Positions 1 through 8,885 of a DNA stretch of 64,000 bases are shown piece after piece. The stretch is from Bacteroidota bacterium (GTDB lineage Bacteria > Bacteroidota > Ignavibacteria > Kryptoniales > JAKASW01): contig JAKAMG010000012.1 in the NCBI GenBank assembly GCA_021812985.1, positions 15,521 through 79,520 of the forward strand. Reading direction: 5' to 3'. The translations under genes and the position numbers were made by a program. Within the stretch, counting starts at the first letter, position 1. Each line of letters begins with the position of its first letter. The notes beneath the pieces are model-generated. The model had not been told where the DNA came from. It did no database searches and worked only from the letters and a program-made list of their open reading frames with translations.

Positions 1-815
1 ACGACGGCGCCGGCGAATTCTTTCTGCCATGCGTAGTCGAACGTCCTGCTGCTGGTAACCAGCGAGCCGTGTTCCCTGCTTGCAAGTCCCTCTTGGAATG
101 AATAAACGTTCCGCGACGGCATCTGGCTCATGAAGAACTGCGCATCCTCGAGGTCAGGCATGAATGCTTCAAGCCTCTGGCGGGAAGAACCGGAAAGCAT
201 ATCGGCGGCGAGGCCAATATGCGACGCACGCGCCGCGAATCTCGCTGACCACCGGAGCGTATCGGAAACAGGAAGCTGAAATAATACCGACGACGCGAAG
301 GGGGTTACATCAGTCTCAAGCCTTGCGCGCGAGTTATAGTCGAGGTTAGAGCTGACGCTGATGGCCGACGGCGCGTAGCCGCCGTTCGTCACTGGATATC
401 CGCCGGTCATTAGTTCGATGCGGCTTGTCGTCAACGGGTTGAACATCGAGAAACTTCCCAAAAGTCTGTAGGGAAAAGTAATCGGGAAGCCGTCCAACAG
501 CGTCAATATCCCGTCGGCCTGGTCACCGCCGATTATCGGCACGGCCTGCAAGTCCGCGTTCGAAACCACTTCCGCCGACAGATCCATCGCTCTCATGGGA
601 TCGTTGAGCGAGCCAGGAGCCGCACTAATCTCGCGTGACGAGAAGGTCCTCGCCGTCATCCTCGATACAGGAAACTCCCCGCTCACTTCGACAGTATCCA
701 GCCTTATGGCGACTGAGTCCTTATCGACAGTTTGTGATACACATGGTTCTCCGAGGACCAGGAAAGTCAGCGCCGGCAGACCAACGCAAATTATGTTCAG
801 TCGTACGCTGCGCAT
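1..815 (-). CDS. TonB-dependent receptor, N-terminal portion (signal peptide plus plug domain); the rest lies beyond the left edge
   Basis: Absent from the ORF track because no stop codon lies in the window. Hand translation of the minus strand from ATG (815-813) gives MRSVRLNIICVGLPALTFLVLG...LDTVEVSGEFP...FSSREISAAPGSLNDPMRAMDLSAEVV...PIIGGDQADGILTLLDGFPITFPY...SRIELMTGGYPVTNGGYAPSAISV. The frame stays open to base 1. The motif order matches TBDR plug domains. The start shares 1 nt with the upstream stop (TGATG). Confidence 0.6.
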   Translation of the reverse strand, partial: MRSVRLNIICVGLPALTFLVLGEPCVSQTVDKDSVAIRLDTVEVSGEFPVSRMTARTFSSREISAAPGSLNDPMRAMDLSAEVVSNADLQAVPIIGGDQADGILTLLDGFPITFPYRLLGSFSMFNPLTTSRIELMTGGYPVTNGGYAPSAISVSSNLDYNSRARLETDVTPFASSVLFQLPVSDTLRWSARFAARASHIGLAADMLSGSSRQRLEAFMPDLEDAQFFMSQMPSRNVYSFQEGLASREHGSLVTSSRTFDYAWQKEFAGAV

Positions 816-1993
816 CAGAAGTTCTTGCTGACAAGTTTGAACTGAGTCGCTTTCGCGCTATCGATCGGGGCGTCGTTTATGAAAAGGTATTGACGACGGG
901 ATTCCCCTGGAGGCTGGAGCGAAGCATATGCGACTCGCGGCGAAATATAATAACCCTCCAGCACGCCGGTCGAGTCGGTCGTCCCTCCCATCACTGCAGC
1001 TGGCGGGAGCGAACTACCGGCCGCAAGCCCCTTCACGAATCCCGTCCCCTTCGCAAGCCACATGTCGACTGTGATATCCGCAGATGTTCCAGAAAAGACA
1101 GTGCGGCTGCCCGCACTGTCGGTCGCGGTTATGTTTTCAAAGAGAGTCACCTTCATCCTGAACCTTTCACAGCTTAGCGACGGATCCTGCAATGTCTCCT
1201 TGCCGACATGCCGGTTCGTAACGAGATAAAAAAGCTCGTCGGAATAATCGGCGGTGCCGGTACTGAAAACGAATGTCGTATCTGAAGAGAACATCGTCGC
1301 GGCGGAAGCTGAGTCAGCCATCTGCCAGATCGGTAACCACGGCATGAGCGGAGAGGTGATTGACGACGGCGGATCATCTGTCACTCCCACGATGACAGTC
1401 ATCGTATCCTTACCCCCTGCCGCCCTTAGCGTGAGTGCCGTCCTCCCTTCCGCTTCACCCGATATTTCAACGGTATCTGGAGCTGTCATCTGCGCGTTCG
1501 CGACCGAGGAATCGGGAGATGAGGAAATGTAATACGACGTTGCATCTCCGGACCTGTCGTCAACGTAATATTTGGCAGTCTGGCCGACTCCGACTACTGC
1601 GCCGCCCGCTCCACCGGGGATCCATATGATGGTATTGTCTTCAAGCGCGTATGTCCTTGTCGTGCCGAGATAATGGAGCAGGGTGTTGCCCTTCATGCAG
1701 AACGCCAGATACGATGATTGCCCCTCTTGATTATCGGTCCGGACGATGAACGCGTTGGGCTGCCCCCCAATTAGGACGTTCGTCTGGTAGATTGATATCT
1801 TGACCGGTGCAGCTGTGGAAGTATCGCCCGGCTTTGCCGTCGTGATTGCGGAATACGTCCAGGCATTTCCTGCTTTCAGAGGCAGGTAGTCGGCAAGCGA
1901 TGCGGTTCCGACACTCGGATCGACGCCTCGTCCTTTGGGTGTACAGCCGGAGATAACGAGAAGAACCCCAAACAGCAGCAGATTCCTCTTCAT
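815..1993 (-). CDS. hypothetical lipoprotein, co-transcribed with the TonB-dependent receptor
   Basis: ORF 815..2068 trimmed to the internal ATG at 1993, which gives MKRNLLLFGVLLVISGC (signal peptide with lipobox Cys). An Ig-like stretch reads TVEISGEAEGRTALTLRAAGGKDTMTVIV. No family recognised. Confidence 0.6.
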   Translation of the reverse strand: MKRNLLLFGVLLVISGCTPKGRGVDPSVGTASLADYLPLKAGNAWTYSAITTAKPGDTSTAAPVKISIYQTNVLIGGQPNAFIVRTDNQEGQSSYLAFCMKGNTLLHYLGTTRTYALEDNTIIWIPGGAGGAVVGVGQTAKYYVDDRSGDATSYYISSSPDSSVANAQMTAPDTVEISGEAEGRTALTLRAAGGKDTMTVIVGVTDDPPSSITSPLMPWLPIWQMADSASAATMFSSDTTFVFSTGTADYSDELFYLVTNRHVGKETLQDPSLSCERFRMKVTLFENITATDSAGSRTVFSGTSADITVDMWLAKGTGFVKGLAAGSSLPPAAVMGGTTDSTGVLEGYYISPRVAYASLQPPGESRRQYLFINDAPIDSAKATQFKLVSKNF

Positions 1994-3142
1994 ATCTTCA
2001 ACCCGGAATCGAGGAAATATATACTCCGCCGCGCGAAGACTGTCACTGCAGAATCTGATATCATACACTCCAAGCCCTGAATGTATTTTTCTTTACTTGC
2101 GGTAGGAATTCGCATCCTGACGTATGCACGACACTCCTCGCAAGCAACGACTCAACGCCAATTTAACACTAACTCGAAGACATTCAATACTGATGCTTGT
2201 AATGTGTGACAAGGAACATCATAATCTTGGTGGTTGAACCTAAGAGCCCGAAGAAGCAAATTATTTCGAGTTGGGCTGAAAGAATTACTGTCCGTATATC
2301 GGACCGTATCTCGCTGTCCACGAAGATGATTGTACCGGCTTACATTTGCCAAAATCACGGATGTTGCCCAAAGATCATCTCACTTGAAGTGCAAAATTCC
2401 CGACAACCGCTGCGCTTGAGAAATCGGTTCTCGCTGTGTCGGCTTCCCGTACATCCGCCAGCTCGTTTCGCATCTGCCCTTCACGGCCCGCACAATCGAG
2501 TGGGTTAGGCTCGGTCCTCTGTATAGTCATGGCCACCGCGCCATAGGTTCAACTGGATTCAAGGGCTTTCTTCCAACTTCGAGTCTATTATCTCTTGTAT
2601 CCCTCCGAAAGCCATTGCCCCCCTTTACTCGACTTGCTGAATAGACATTTACTCCTTAAGTCACATCTGCAGCCTCTCGACATGTGGGGCAACTCAGATG
2701 GCAGAGGTTACGATGAAGCAAGATTAATTCCGAGAAAATATCTACAGGAATTCTGCGGAACGATTGATGATGAGGAGTGTCGAAATTCATAGGCATGACT
2801 GCACGCAGAATATCTGAACGGGCGAAAGTGTTGCTTCGTCATGTTTAGGCACGCAGGTGTGGTGTAATAAAGATTCGGGGATGCACCGCTGTCCGCTGGA
2901 ATGGCAGTTCGCCGTGTAAGCGTGAGGCACAGAGATAGATCTGATTATGCCTCGGTGACTCTAAGTCTCTTGTGGTCGAGATTATAAACAGAGCCACGGA
3001 GAGTTTTGAGACAATCATGAACCATAACGATTGCGAACGAGTATGGTAAAGGGAAGTGGTTCCGTCCCAAGTCAAAACACGGATCAAGCCCCACGCAATG
3101 TTTCAGCGCGGGCGTGAGACAAGGCCCGGAGTTCCGGCCTGA
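1994..3142. other. ORF-poor 1.15-kb spacer with no product assigned; possibly a structured RNA, a long leader or a decayed gene
   Basis: The track shows only 65-100 aa ORFs here, on both strands, and their translations do not look protein-like. The stretch is visibly AT-richer than its flanks. It is about 3 times longer than any other intergenic gap in the window. Short hairpins lie at 2290-2304, 2400-2442 and 2529-2544. Confidence 0.5.
3123..3139 (-). terminator. weak hairpin just downstream of yggS
   Basis: GGCCCGGA/TCCGGCC arms with one bulge, 4 nt after the yggS stop. On the minus strand only TT follows, so it is a poor intrinsic terminator. Confidence 0.3.
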
Positions 3143-3877
3143 TTACTCCTTGTTTGTTCTATCCCCAAAAATCGCCGTCCCCACCCTGATCATTGTGGCT
3201 CCTTCTTCGACGGCCAGCTCGAAATCGCCTGACATACCCATCGACAGCTCTCTCATCTCAACATCATGGATCGCCTCCTGGCAGGCGAGTTCCGAGAGCT
3301 TCCTGAGTTTCGAGAAGCATCCGCGGACAGCCGCAACCTCGTCGGTGAGGGCTCCGACTGTCATGAGCCCTTTGATCTTCAGGGTTTCCAGCCCGGCGAT
3401 TTCCCTCAGGAGCCGGGTGGCTTCATCAGGTTCGACGCCGCTCTTGCTCGGCTCGCCGGAGGTGTTCACCTCGACGAGTATCTCTCTCGACTCGCCGCGT
3501 CTCTGGAGCTGGCGATCTAGCTCTACCGCGAGCTCGACGCGATCGACGGAATGGATGTATTTTGTCGGGACCTCGAGGAGCTTCTTCACTTTGTTTGTCT
3601 GAAGATGTCCGATGAAATGCCACTCAACTCCTGCCGCCGAGCCGTCCTCGTTCAGCACTGTTCTCCTGTCGCGGAGCTCCTCGTACTTGGCAGTGATCTC
3701 CTGGACGCGATTTTCTCCGAAAGCATTTAATCCAGCGTCCATCGCCTCCGAGATCCTCTCGGCAGGAAACGTCTTTGATACCGCGATGAGTCTGACCGTG
3801 CGGGCCGCATCGCCTGACCTGCGGAGGGCTTCAGAAACTCTGCCGCGTATCGCCCTGGCGTTCTCAGCAATCCCCAA
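3143..3877 (-). CDS. yggS: YggS-family pyridoxal-phosphate homeostasis protein
   Basis: Motifs VSKTFPAERISEAMDAGLNAFGENRVQE, WHFIGHLQTNKVKKLL, LVEVNTSGEPSKSGV and LSMGMSGDFELAVEEGATMIRVGTAIFG are classic for the YggS/PROSC fold-type III PLP family. Confidence 0.9.
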   Translation of the reverse strand: MGIAENARAIRGRVSEALRRSGDAARTVRLIAVSKTFPAERISEAMDAGLNAFGENRVQEITAKYEELRDRRTVLNEDGSAAGVEWHFIGHLQTNKVKKLLEVPTKYIHSVDRVELAVELDRQLQRRGESREILVEVNTSGEPSKSGVEPDEATRLLREIAGLETLKIKGLMTVGALTDEVAAVRGCFSKLRKLSELACQEAIHDVEMRELSMGMSGDFELAVEEGATMIRVGTAIFGDRTNKE

Positions 3878-3879
3878 TA

Positions 3880-4872
3880 TCAGTCCTGGCTGAATTTCCT
3901 TGAGAGATACATCGACACGCCGATTATTTTCTCGTCTTCGTCTCCCTGGCGGGTCTTCAGGTCGTACGTCTTGCAGATCTTCTCCAGGGCGTGCACCACT
4001 CTATCACCTGTCTGGCGGGATATGCCGAGCTCGTCAGACATCTTCGCGAATAGGAGAGGAGAGAACTTATGGACAAGCTTCCATGCGTCACGCAGGTTCC
4101 TCCTGGTCTTGAATCCGTTGGGGAAAATCCTCTTCATGGCATCAATGTCTTCGAGAAGCTGTTCTGAAGGACCGACGTCCTCATAGTCCGCACCATAAAA
4201 TTCGCGCACGGTCATGCGGACCTTCTCTATCGGCACGTCGCGCTTCGATCTTGTATTCTCAGGCTGGACGTGAGCGATTGCCTTCATCTTGCGGTCGACG
4301 TACATCAGCTTTTTGATTGCGGGGGTCTTGCCGTAGATATTTTTCCATCCGCTCATCGGAGTGAGCCACACTGCAAACGTTTCCGCCCAATCCTCGTCCG
4401 GATGTTTCTGCGCGTAATAATCGGGGAGGTGCTTTACGTGCCTCTTGCTCCATGGATTGAACCTGTAGTAGTCGTTGTACTTCCGCTTGATGTTCCCGAA
4501 CAGCGACTTCCATTCGGGGTCGAGGTAGAGTCTGTAGGCGTAGTTTATCGCGTGGCCGAACTCGTGACGGAGTCCCATCTTGATCTCGCCTTCGTCCTCG
4601 ACGCCGTCGTAAGCCATGTCGTCTTCGATTGCCATGAGCGTCTCGTTCTGAAACCAGAACGGTATCTCGATGGAGATGCTCTTGTCGACGCATCCCCAGC
4701 CGGTGCCCAGATAGTATTCAGGGCGGAATTTTATCCCCTTCTTTGCAACTTCCGCTTCCACCTGTCTTATTAGCTTCAGAAGCGTGCCGTTTATTTTGGG
4801 AGAAAGCTCGCAAATTGGAACATCAAGGTATTTGAGTCGTTCTAAAGTCTGTTGAAGTTGAACCCTTGTCAT
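3880..4872 (-). CDS. putative zinc-binding metallopeptidase (HExxH)
   Basis: HEFGH occurs in GLRHEFGHAINYAYRLY, followed by KHPDEDWAETFAVWLTP. From memory this resembles the Peptidase_Mx-type family. A 2-nt gap to yggS suggests one operon. Confidence 0.55.
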   Translation of the reverse strand: MTRVQLQQTLERLKYLDVPICELSPKINGTLLKLIRQVEAEVAKKGIKFRPEYYLGTGWGCVDKSISIEIPFWFQNETLMAIEDDMAYDGVEDEGEIKMGLRHEFGHAINYAYRLYLDPEWKSLFGNIKRKYNDYYRFNPWSKRHVKHLPDYYAQKHPDEDWAETFAVWLTPMSGWKNIYGKTPAIKKLMYVDRKMKAIAHVQPENTRSKRDVPIEKVRMTVREFYGADYEDVGPSEQLLEDIDAMKRIFPNGFKTRRNLRDAWKLVHKFSPLLFAKMSDELGISRQTGDRVVHALEKICKTYDLKTRQGDEDEKIIGVSMYLSRKFSQD

Positions 4873-5084
4873 CTCGTGAAAATCCTTAGAAAAAAGCCTT
4901 TATTTTCTTCTTTTTGTGCGTTTTTTCGGTTATGTGCGGACTAAGTAACAGCAACCGGGCTCAAAATGCAAGCCACACTTACCCGGCGGGGGATGTGATT
5001 CAGACACCGTACGCATCCAAAGAGATGAAAAACATTTGCGATTTCGCCGGCAATCATTATTATAGATCAACAGAGAGGACCAGA

Positions 5085-5480
5085 ATGAACCTTATTATTG
5101 CGTTATTGATGCTTGTCGCACAACCGAAAGAACCTAAAGTCTTCTACTACAGTGGAAACACGCTGTCCAGGCTCCAGACGCTGCAGCTCCCTCCGTCGCG
5201 CGGGACAGTCGTCAGGCTGCTCGTCTATTCACCCTTCGAACTGCGAGCGGCATGGCTGGACAAAGCTGACGTCGAGGCCTGCCTTCCGAAAGCCTCGATG
5301 AGAAAGGCGCTGAACCTCGAGGGAAGATGGTACATGGTAACATGGGAGCCGAAGGTTGAAACAGGCTCTTCGAGGCATACGCTCTACCTGGAATTCTATC
5401 ATCACCGGCCATACGAAGCGCACTTCGTTGTCAACGTCGAAGGATCACAGCGGGTGGACAAACCAACAGGAGTGAACTAA
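5085..5480 (+). CDS. hypothetical small secreted or membrane-anchored protein
   Basis: ORF 4914..5480 trimmed to the ATG at 5085, which is preceded by GAGAGGA. The N-terminus MNLIIALLMLVAQP is hydrophobic. The stop abuts the ATG of the next gene (TAAATG). No family recognised. Confidence 0.45.
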   Translation: MNLIIALLMLVAQPKEPKVFYYSGNTLSRLQTLQLPPSRGTVVRLLVYSPFELRAAWLDKADVEACLPKASMRKALNLEGRWYMVTWEPKVETGSSRHTLYLEFYHHRPYEAHFVVNVEGSQRVDKPTGVN

Positions 5481-7928
5481 ATGCGAAGGACCTTCTTAAT
5501 CTTAATCGCTCTGTCGACCATTGCAGCGGGCCAAGAGCGCGGCGCCGTGAAGCTTGACAAGCCCTACAAATGGGAATTGAAATCAGTCCCGTCATATCCG
5601 GTCGGGAGACTGTTCAGGACCCAGGCCAACGTCTGGCTGGGACTCGGCACCTCGCACAGCTCGTTCTACTCCGACATTTCGGGCCGCGTCACATCTCTCG
5701 CCGTCGATCCGGAAAATAACAGCCTCGTCTACGCCTGCGCGGCAGATGGCGGACTATGGAAATCGACAGACGCAGGGACAACTTGGAGTCCGCTGACAGA
5801 CGACCTCCCGAGACTCTCATCGGGTGCGGTGGCGGTGGATCCAAAGAACTCCAACGTCATTTATTATGGCACAGGCGAGTTGAACTTCAACATCGACGGG
5901 TATCCCGGATCGGGCCTGTACAAGTCCACCGATGGCGGCATGTCATGGAACCCGATTTCCGAGAACGTGGTCGCGCTGTACTACACCAGCAAGATTGTCG
6001 TGGCCCCTTCAAATGACAACGTGGTATATGCGGCCGGGTACTCGGGTCTTTATAAGTCAACGGATGCCGGGACCACATGGAACATTCTTCCCCTGACGCA
6101 CGGCGCCGTGGACGACATCGCCGTCGACCCGCAGAACGCGAGCACCATCTACGCTTCGTACGGTTCCGGCTTCAGCTACGACAGCACGAGTTACGGGATT
6201 CACAAATCGACCGATGGCGGGGCGAGCTGGACATGGCTGGGCGGCGGCCTTCCCCCCGCAAGCCAGATTTACAGGGCATCGCTCGCAATCGCACCGAGCA
6301 ACAATCAGATTCTCTATGCTTCCATAAACGGTAACAATCCGTCAAGCTCCGGCTCAGACACGAACCGGGTGTACGTCTCCACCAACGCTGGAGCTTCATG
6401 GCAGGTACTCCCTTCGGTTACCTCGAAATCTGATTTCGGTGGGACGCAAGGATGGTACAACAATGTGATTGCCGTAGACCCATCGCAACCTAACACTGTC
6501 TATCTCGGCGGGATAGACTTCTGGAAGTCGACAGACGGCGGCCAGACATGGACAAATCTCACGAACGGCTACGGAAGCTATACCGGCAAAAACATACATC
6601 CGGACCAGCATGCGATAGCTTTCGCCAACAGCAGCACGTTTTATATTGGTAATGACGGCGGCGTGTGGAAGACCACCAATGCCGCCTCTTCATTCACAAA
6701 CTGCAATGCGGACCTGCAGACGACGCAGTTTTATGACATTGCCATCGATCCGAACAATTCCTCTGTGACGATAGGCGGATCCCAGGACAACGGTACACAG
6801 TCCAACAGTCAACCTGCAACAAACTGGGAAGAGGTGTATGGCGGGGACGGAGGGTACGTCCTTGTAGATCCGACCAACTCGAAGACCATTTATTCCGAAT
6901 ACGTCAACGGAGCGCTCCTGAAATCAACAAACGGAGGGAGCAGTTTCAACTCGATTACAAGCGGAATTGGAGAAAAAGGGTATTGGATAGAACCTTACGT
7001 TTTGGATCCAACAAACCCAGCCACGCTTTACACCGGCACAAGCAAGATGTACAAGTCCACGAATGGCGGATCGAGCTGGACGTCTGTCTCGGGCACCCTC
7101 ACTTCAGGCGCGCACCTTGTAACAACGATGGCAATCTCCCCCGTCGAGCCGAATGTAGTATATGCCGGACTCAGCGGGTATCGCGGTGCTGCCGACACAT
7201 CCTACCTTTTCATAAGCACGGATGCCGGAAACTCGTGGAACAACCTGACCGGCAAATTGACATCCGGGACTGACTTCGCCCGCATCACGGCCGATCCGAC
7301 TCACAAAGGGACAGTCTACATCGCTAACCTCGTCGGGCTCACGTCGCATGTTCTCCGGTCGACGGATTACGGCCAGACCTGGACCGGGCTCGACTCAACC
7401 GGTAATGGATTCGCTAACGTTCCGGCGAAGGTAATCGCCATCGACTCGCTTACGGGAAACATCTTTGTCGGCACTTACCAGGGTTTATACCGCTCCACTG
7501 ACAACGGGGCGACCTGGTCGCTCTTCGGCACGGGCCTTCCGAATTCGGTCATCGACGCCATTGCGATACAATACGCTTCTGATGTCCTGAGAGTAGGCAC
7601 TCACGGAAGAGGCGCGTGGCAGGTAAACATGTTAACCGGCATCGCTTCGCCAGCGGTTTCCCCGACGACGTTCGCGCTTGGGCAGAACTACCCGAACCCG
7701 TTCAATCCATCGACGACGGTCAGGTATTCAATTCCTCAGGCCGCCTCAGTAACCGTGGAAGTGTACAATATTCTCGGCCAGCAGGTGAGGATACTCCAGA
7801 ACGGATTCCAGCCTGCAGGAATTCACTCAGTCAGTTTTGATGCCTCAAGACTCCCGAGCGGGGTATACTTCTATACAATCCGTTTCCAGGGCACATCGAT
7901 CACTAAGAAGATGATGCTTCTGAAGTAA
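5481..7928 (+). CDS. secreted BNR/Asp-box repeat beta-propeller protein (sortilin/VPS10- or GH74-like) with a T9SS C-terminal sorting domain
   Basis: Signal peptide MRRTFLILIALSTIAAGQ. There are at least 8 Asp-box repeats (WKSTDAGTTWSPL, YKSTDGGMSWNPI, HKSTDGGASWTWL, WKSTDGGQTWTNL, YRSTDNGATWSLF and others). The C-terminus FALGQNYPNPFNPSTTVRYSIP...VYNILGQQVRIL...GVYFYTIRF...KKMMLLK is a typical Por/T9SS tail. Confidence 0.85.
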   Translation: MRRTFLILIALSTIAAGQERGAVKLDKPYKWELKSVPSYPVGRLFRTQANVWLGLGTSHSSFYSDISGRVTSLAVDPENNSLVYACAADGGLWKSTDAGTTWSPLTDDLPRLSSGAVAVDPKNSNVIYYGTGELNFNIDGYPGSGLYKSTDGGMSWNPISENVVALYYTSKIVVAPSNDNVVYAAGYSGLYKSTDAGTTWNILPLTHGAVDDIAVDPQNASTIYASYGSGFSYDSTSYGIHKSTDGGASWTWLGGGLPPASQIYRASLAIAPSNNQILYASINGNNPSSSGSDTNRVYVSTNAGASWQVLPSVTSKSDFGGTQGWYNNVIAVDPSQPNTVYLGGIDFWKSTDGGQTWTNLTNGYGSYTGKNIHPDQHAIAFANSSTFYIGNDGGVWKTTNAASSFTNCNADLQTTQFYDIAIDPNNSSVTIGGSQDNGTQSNSQPATNWEEVYGGDGGYVLVDPTNSKTIYSEYVNGALLKSTNGGSSFNSITSGIGEKGYWIEPYVLDPTNPATLYTGTSKMYKSTNGGSSWTSVSGTLTSGAHLVTTMAISPVEPNVVYAGLSGYRGAADTSYLFISTDAGNSWNNLTGKLTSGTDFARITADPTHKGTVYIANLVGLTSHVLRSTDYGQTWTGLDSTGNGFANVPAKVIAIDSLTGNIFVGTYQGLYRSTDNGATWSLFGTGLPNSVIDAIAIQYASDVLRVGTHGRGAWQVNMLTGIASPAVSPTTFALGQNYPNPFNPSTTVRYSIPQAASVTVEVYNILGQQVRILQNGFQPAGIHSVSFDASRLPSGVYFYTIRFQGTSITKKMMLLK

Positions 7929-7943
7929 GGTCGTTTAAGTTGC

Positions 7944-7998
7944 AGGCCCGCTCCCCGTGATGTCGCCTGACAAATCCGGTGGCGGGCCTCTCCTTTTC
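7944..7998 (+). terminator. candidate intrinsic terminator after the BNR gene
   Basis: An 8-bp stem AGGCCCGC (7944-7951) / GCGGGCCT (7982-7989) is followed by CTCCTTTTCG. The 30-nt loop is large, so this is only moderate evidence. Confidence 0.4.
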
Positions 7999-8048
7999 GC
8001 CCCTCATAACCGCTTCTTAATTCCACCGCTCGTCATTATTTTTATGTC

Positions 8049-8885
8049 ATGAAATTATTCACCCAAAAGATCAAGCCGGCCTGGACTTTCAGGACCGATA
8101 AGAATGTGTGGCGACTCTTCCCCGGCAGCGGCGTCCTGACAACCGAACTTCGGGATACTGAGGCAAAGACCGCCGAGTATGCCGGCATCGACATTGAATC
8201 AGGTTCGATACTATGGGAGGGACTGAAATTCGACGACTCCTGGTGGGTCACGATGAACAGGATTTTCAGGGACGTCCTTCTACTTCAACAGTTTGTGAGA
8301 CCGGACATGCCGACACCCGGAAAAGTATTTGCAGTCGATCTGTTCACCGGCAAAATTCTCTGGGGCAAGGAGGACTTGTCCTTCATAGCCGCCGCGGGCG
8401 ACTTTGTGTACGGACTGCGCAAGTCCATCGACTCAGAGGATATCGTCGGTGTCGACTACCGTACGGGGGATGAGCGAACGGTTTTCCCAGCCGACGATCC
8501 GAGGGTGAATGAAATCGAAGATTCTGCCATGGCTGATTATTTCACTCCCCCTTCATTCATAGAGGAGATCGAAGAGGCACTCCCGTCCGAGCTGCTCAAA
8601 AAGGTCACTAATACCCCGCCAGCTGACGCGGTCAATCCGACTTACATTGCATCGGGTAAAGGGATGAGCATCGCGGGGTTTCACACGAGTGCCGGCAAGG
8701 ACAATAAGGGAGCACCGGTCTTCGATTCCCATATAATTGTCATAGATGAAAACGGGAAAAGTATATACGAGGACATCGCTGACAGAGGAGTGTACACGGC
8801 GATGGGCGATTTCTATTTTGTGGCTGATGGCAGGCTATTTTACGTCCGCAATTCGAAAGAGATCGTCGTCGTCAGGCTAAGCTGA
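8049..8885 (+). CDS. hypothetical protein, possibly DUF4905-like
   Basis: This 278-aa ORF has protein-like composition. The stretch WWVTMNRIFRDVLLLQQFVRPDMPTPGKVFAVDLFTGKILWGKED recalls, from memory only, the Bacteroidetes DUF4905 family. Its 3' end overlaps the convergent addB-like gene by 9 nt. Confidence 0.4.
   Translation: MKLFTQKIKPAWTFRTDKNVWRLFPGSGVLTTELRDTEAKTAEYAGIDIESGSILWEGLKFDDSWWVTMNRIFRDVLLLQQFVRPDMPTPGKVFAVDLFTGKILWGKEDLSFIAAAGDFVYGLRKSIDSEDIVGVDYRTGDERTVFPADDPRVNEIEDSAMADYFTPPSFIEEIEEALPSELLKKVTNTPPADAVNPTYIASGKGMSIAGFHTSAGKDNKGAPVFDSHIIVIDENGKSIYEDIADRGVYTAMGDFYFVADGRLFYVRNSKEIVVVRLS

Noticed and set aside
2226-2250. A tRNA-like T-arm string (GGTTCAACC on the minus strand).
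   Set aside because: The flanking sequence cannot form an acceptor stem, D-arm or anticodon arm, so it is an isolated match only. No tRNA was recognised anywhere in the window.
1994-2300. A cobalamin or other riboswitch in the leader of the lipoprotein/TonB-dependent receptor operon.
   Set aside because: No B12-box-like element or other riboswitch core sequence that I can recall is visible on the minus strand. An Rfam scan is needed to be sure.
2100-2493. A possible ORF-less group II intron on the minus strand. A GTGCG occurs at 2493-2489, and the spacer begins right after a terminator-like hairpin, as class C introns do.
   Set aside because: I could not find a domain V-like helix (an AGC triad plus a GNRA loop within a 34-nt hairpin), a bulged-A domain VI or an intron-encoded protein. 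A single GTGCG pentamer is expected by chance.
2860-3100. tmRNA or RNase P RNA (GGGGATGCACC... and GGTAAAGGGAAGTGG resemble fragments of their conserved regions).
   Set aside because: There is no tag-peptide reading frame ending in Ala-Ala-stop, no 3' tRNA-like TPsiC arm with CCA, and no GAGGAAAGTCC core.
4914-5084. An N-terminal extension of ORF 4914..5480 from a TTG start.
   Set aside because: The extension (MCVFSVMCGLSNSNRAQNASHTYP...) lies in an AT-rich promoter-like region. The internal ATG at 5085 has a GAGAGGA RBS and yields a proper hydrophobic N-terminus.
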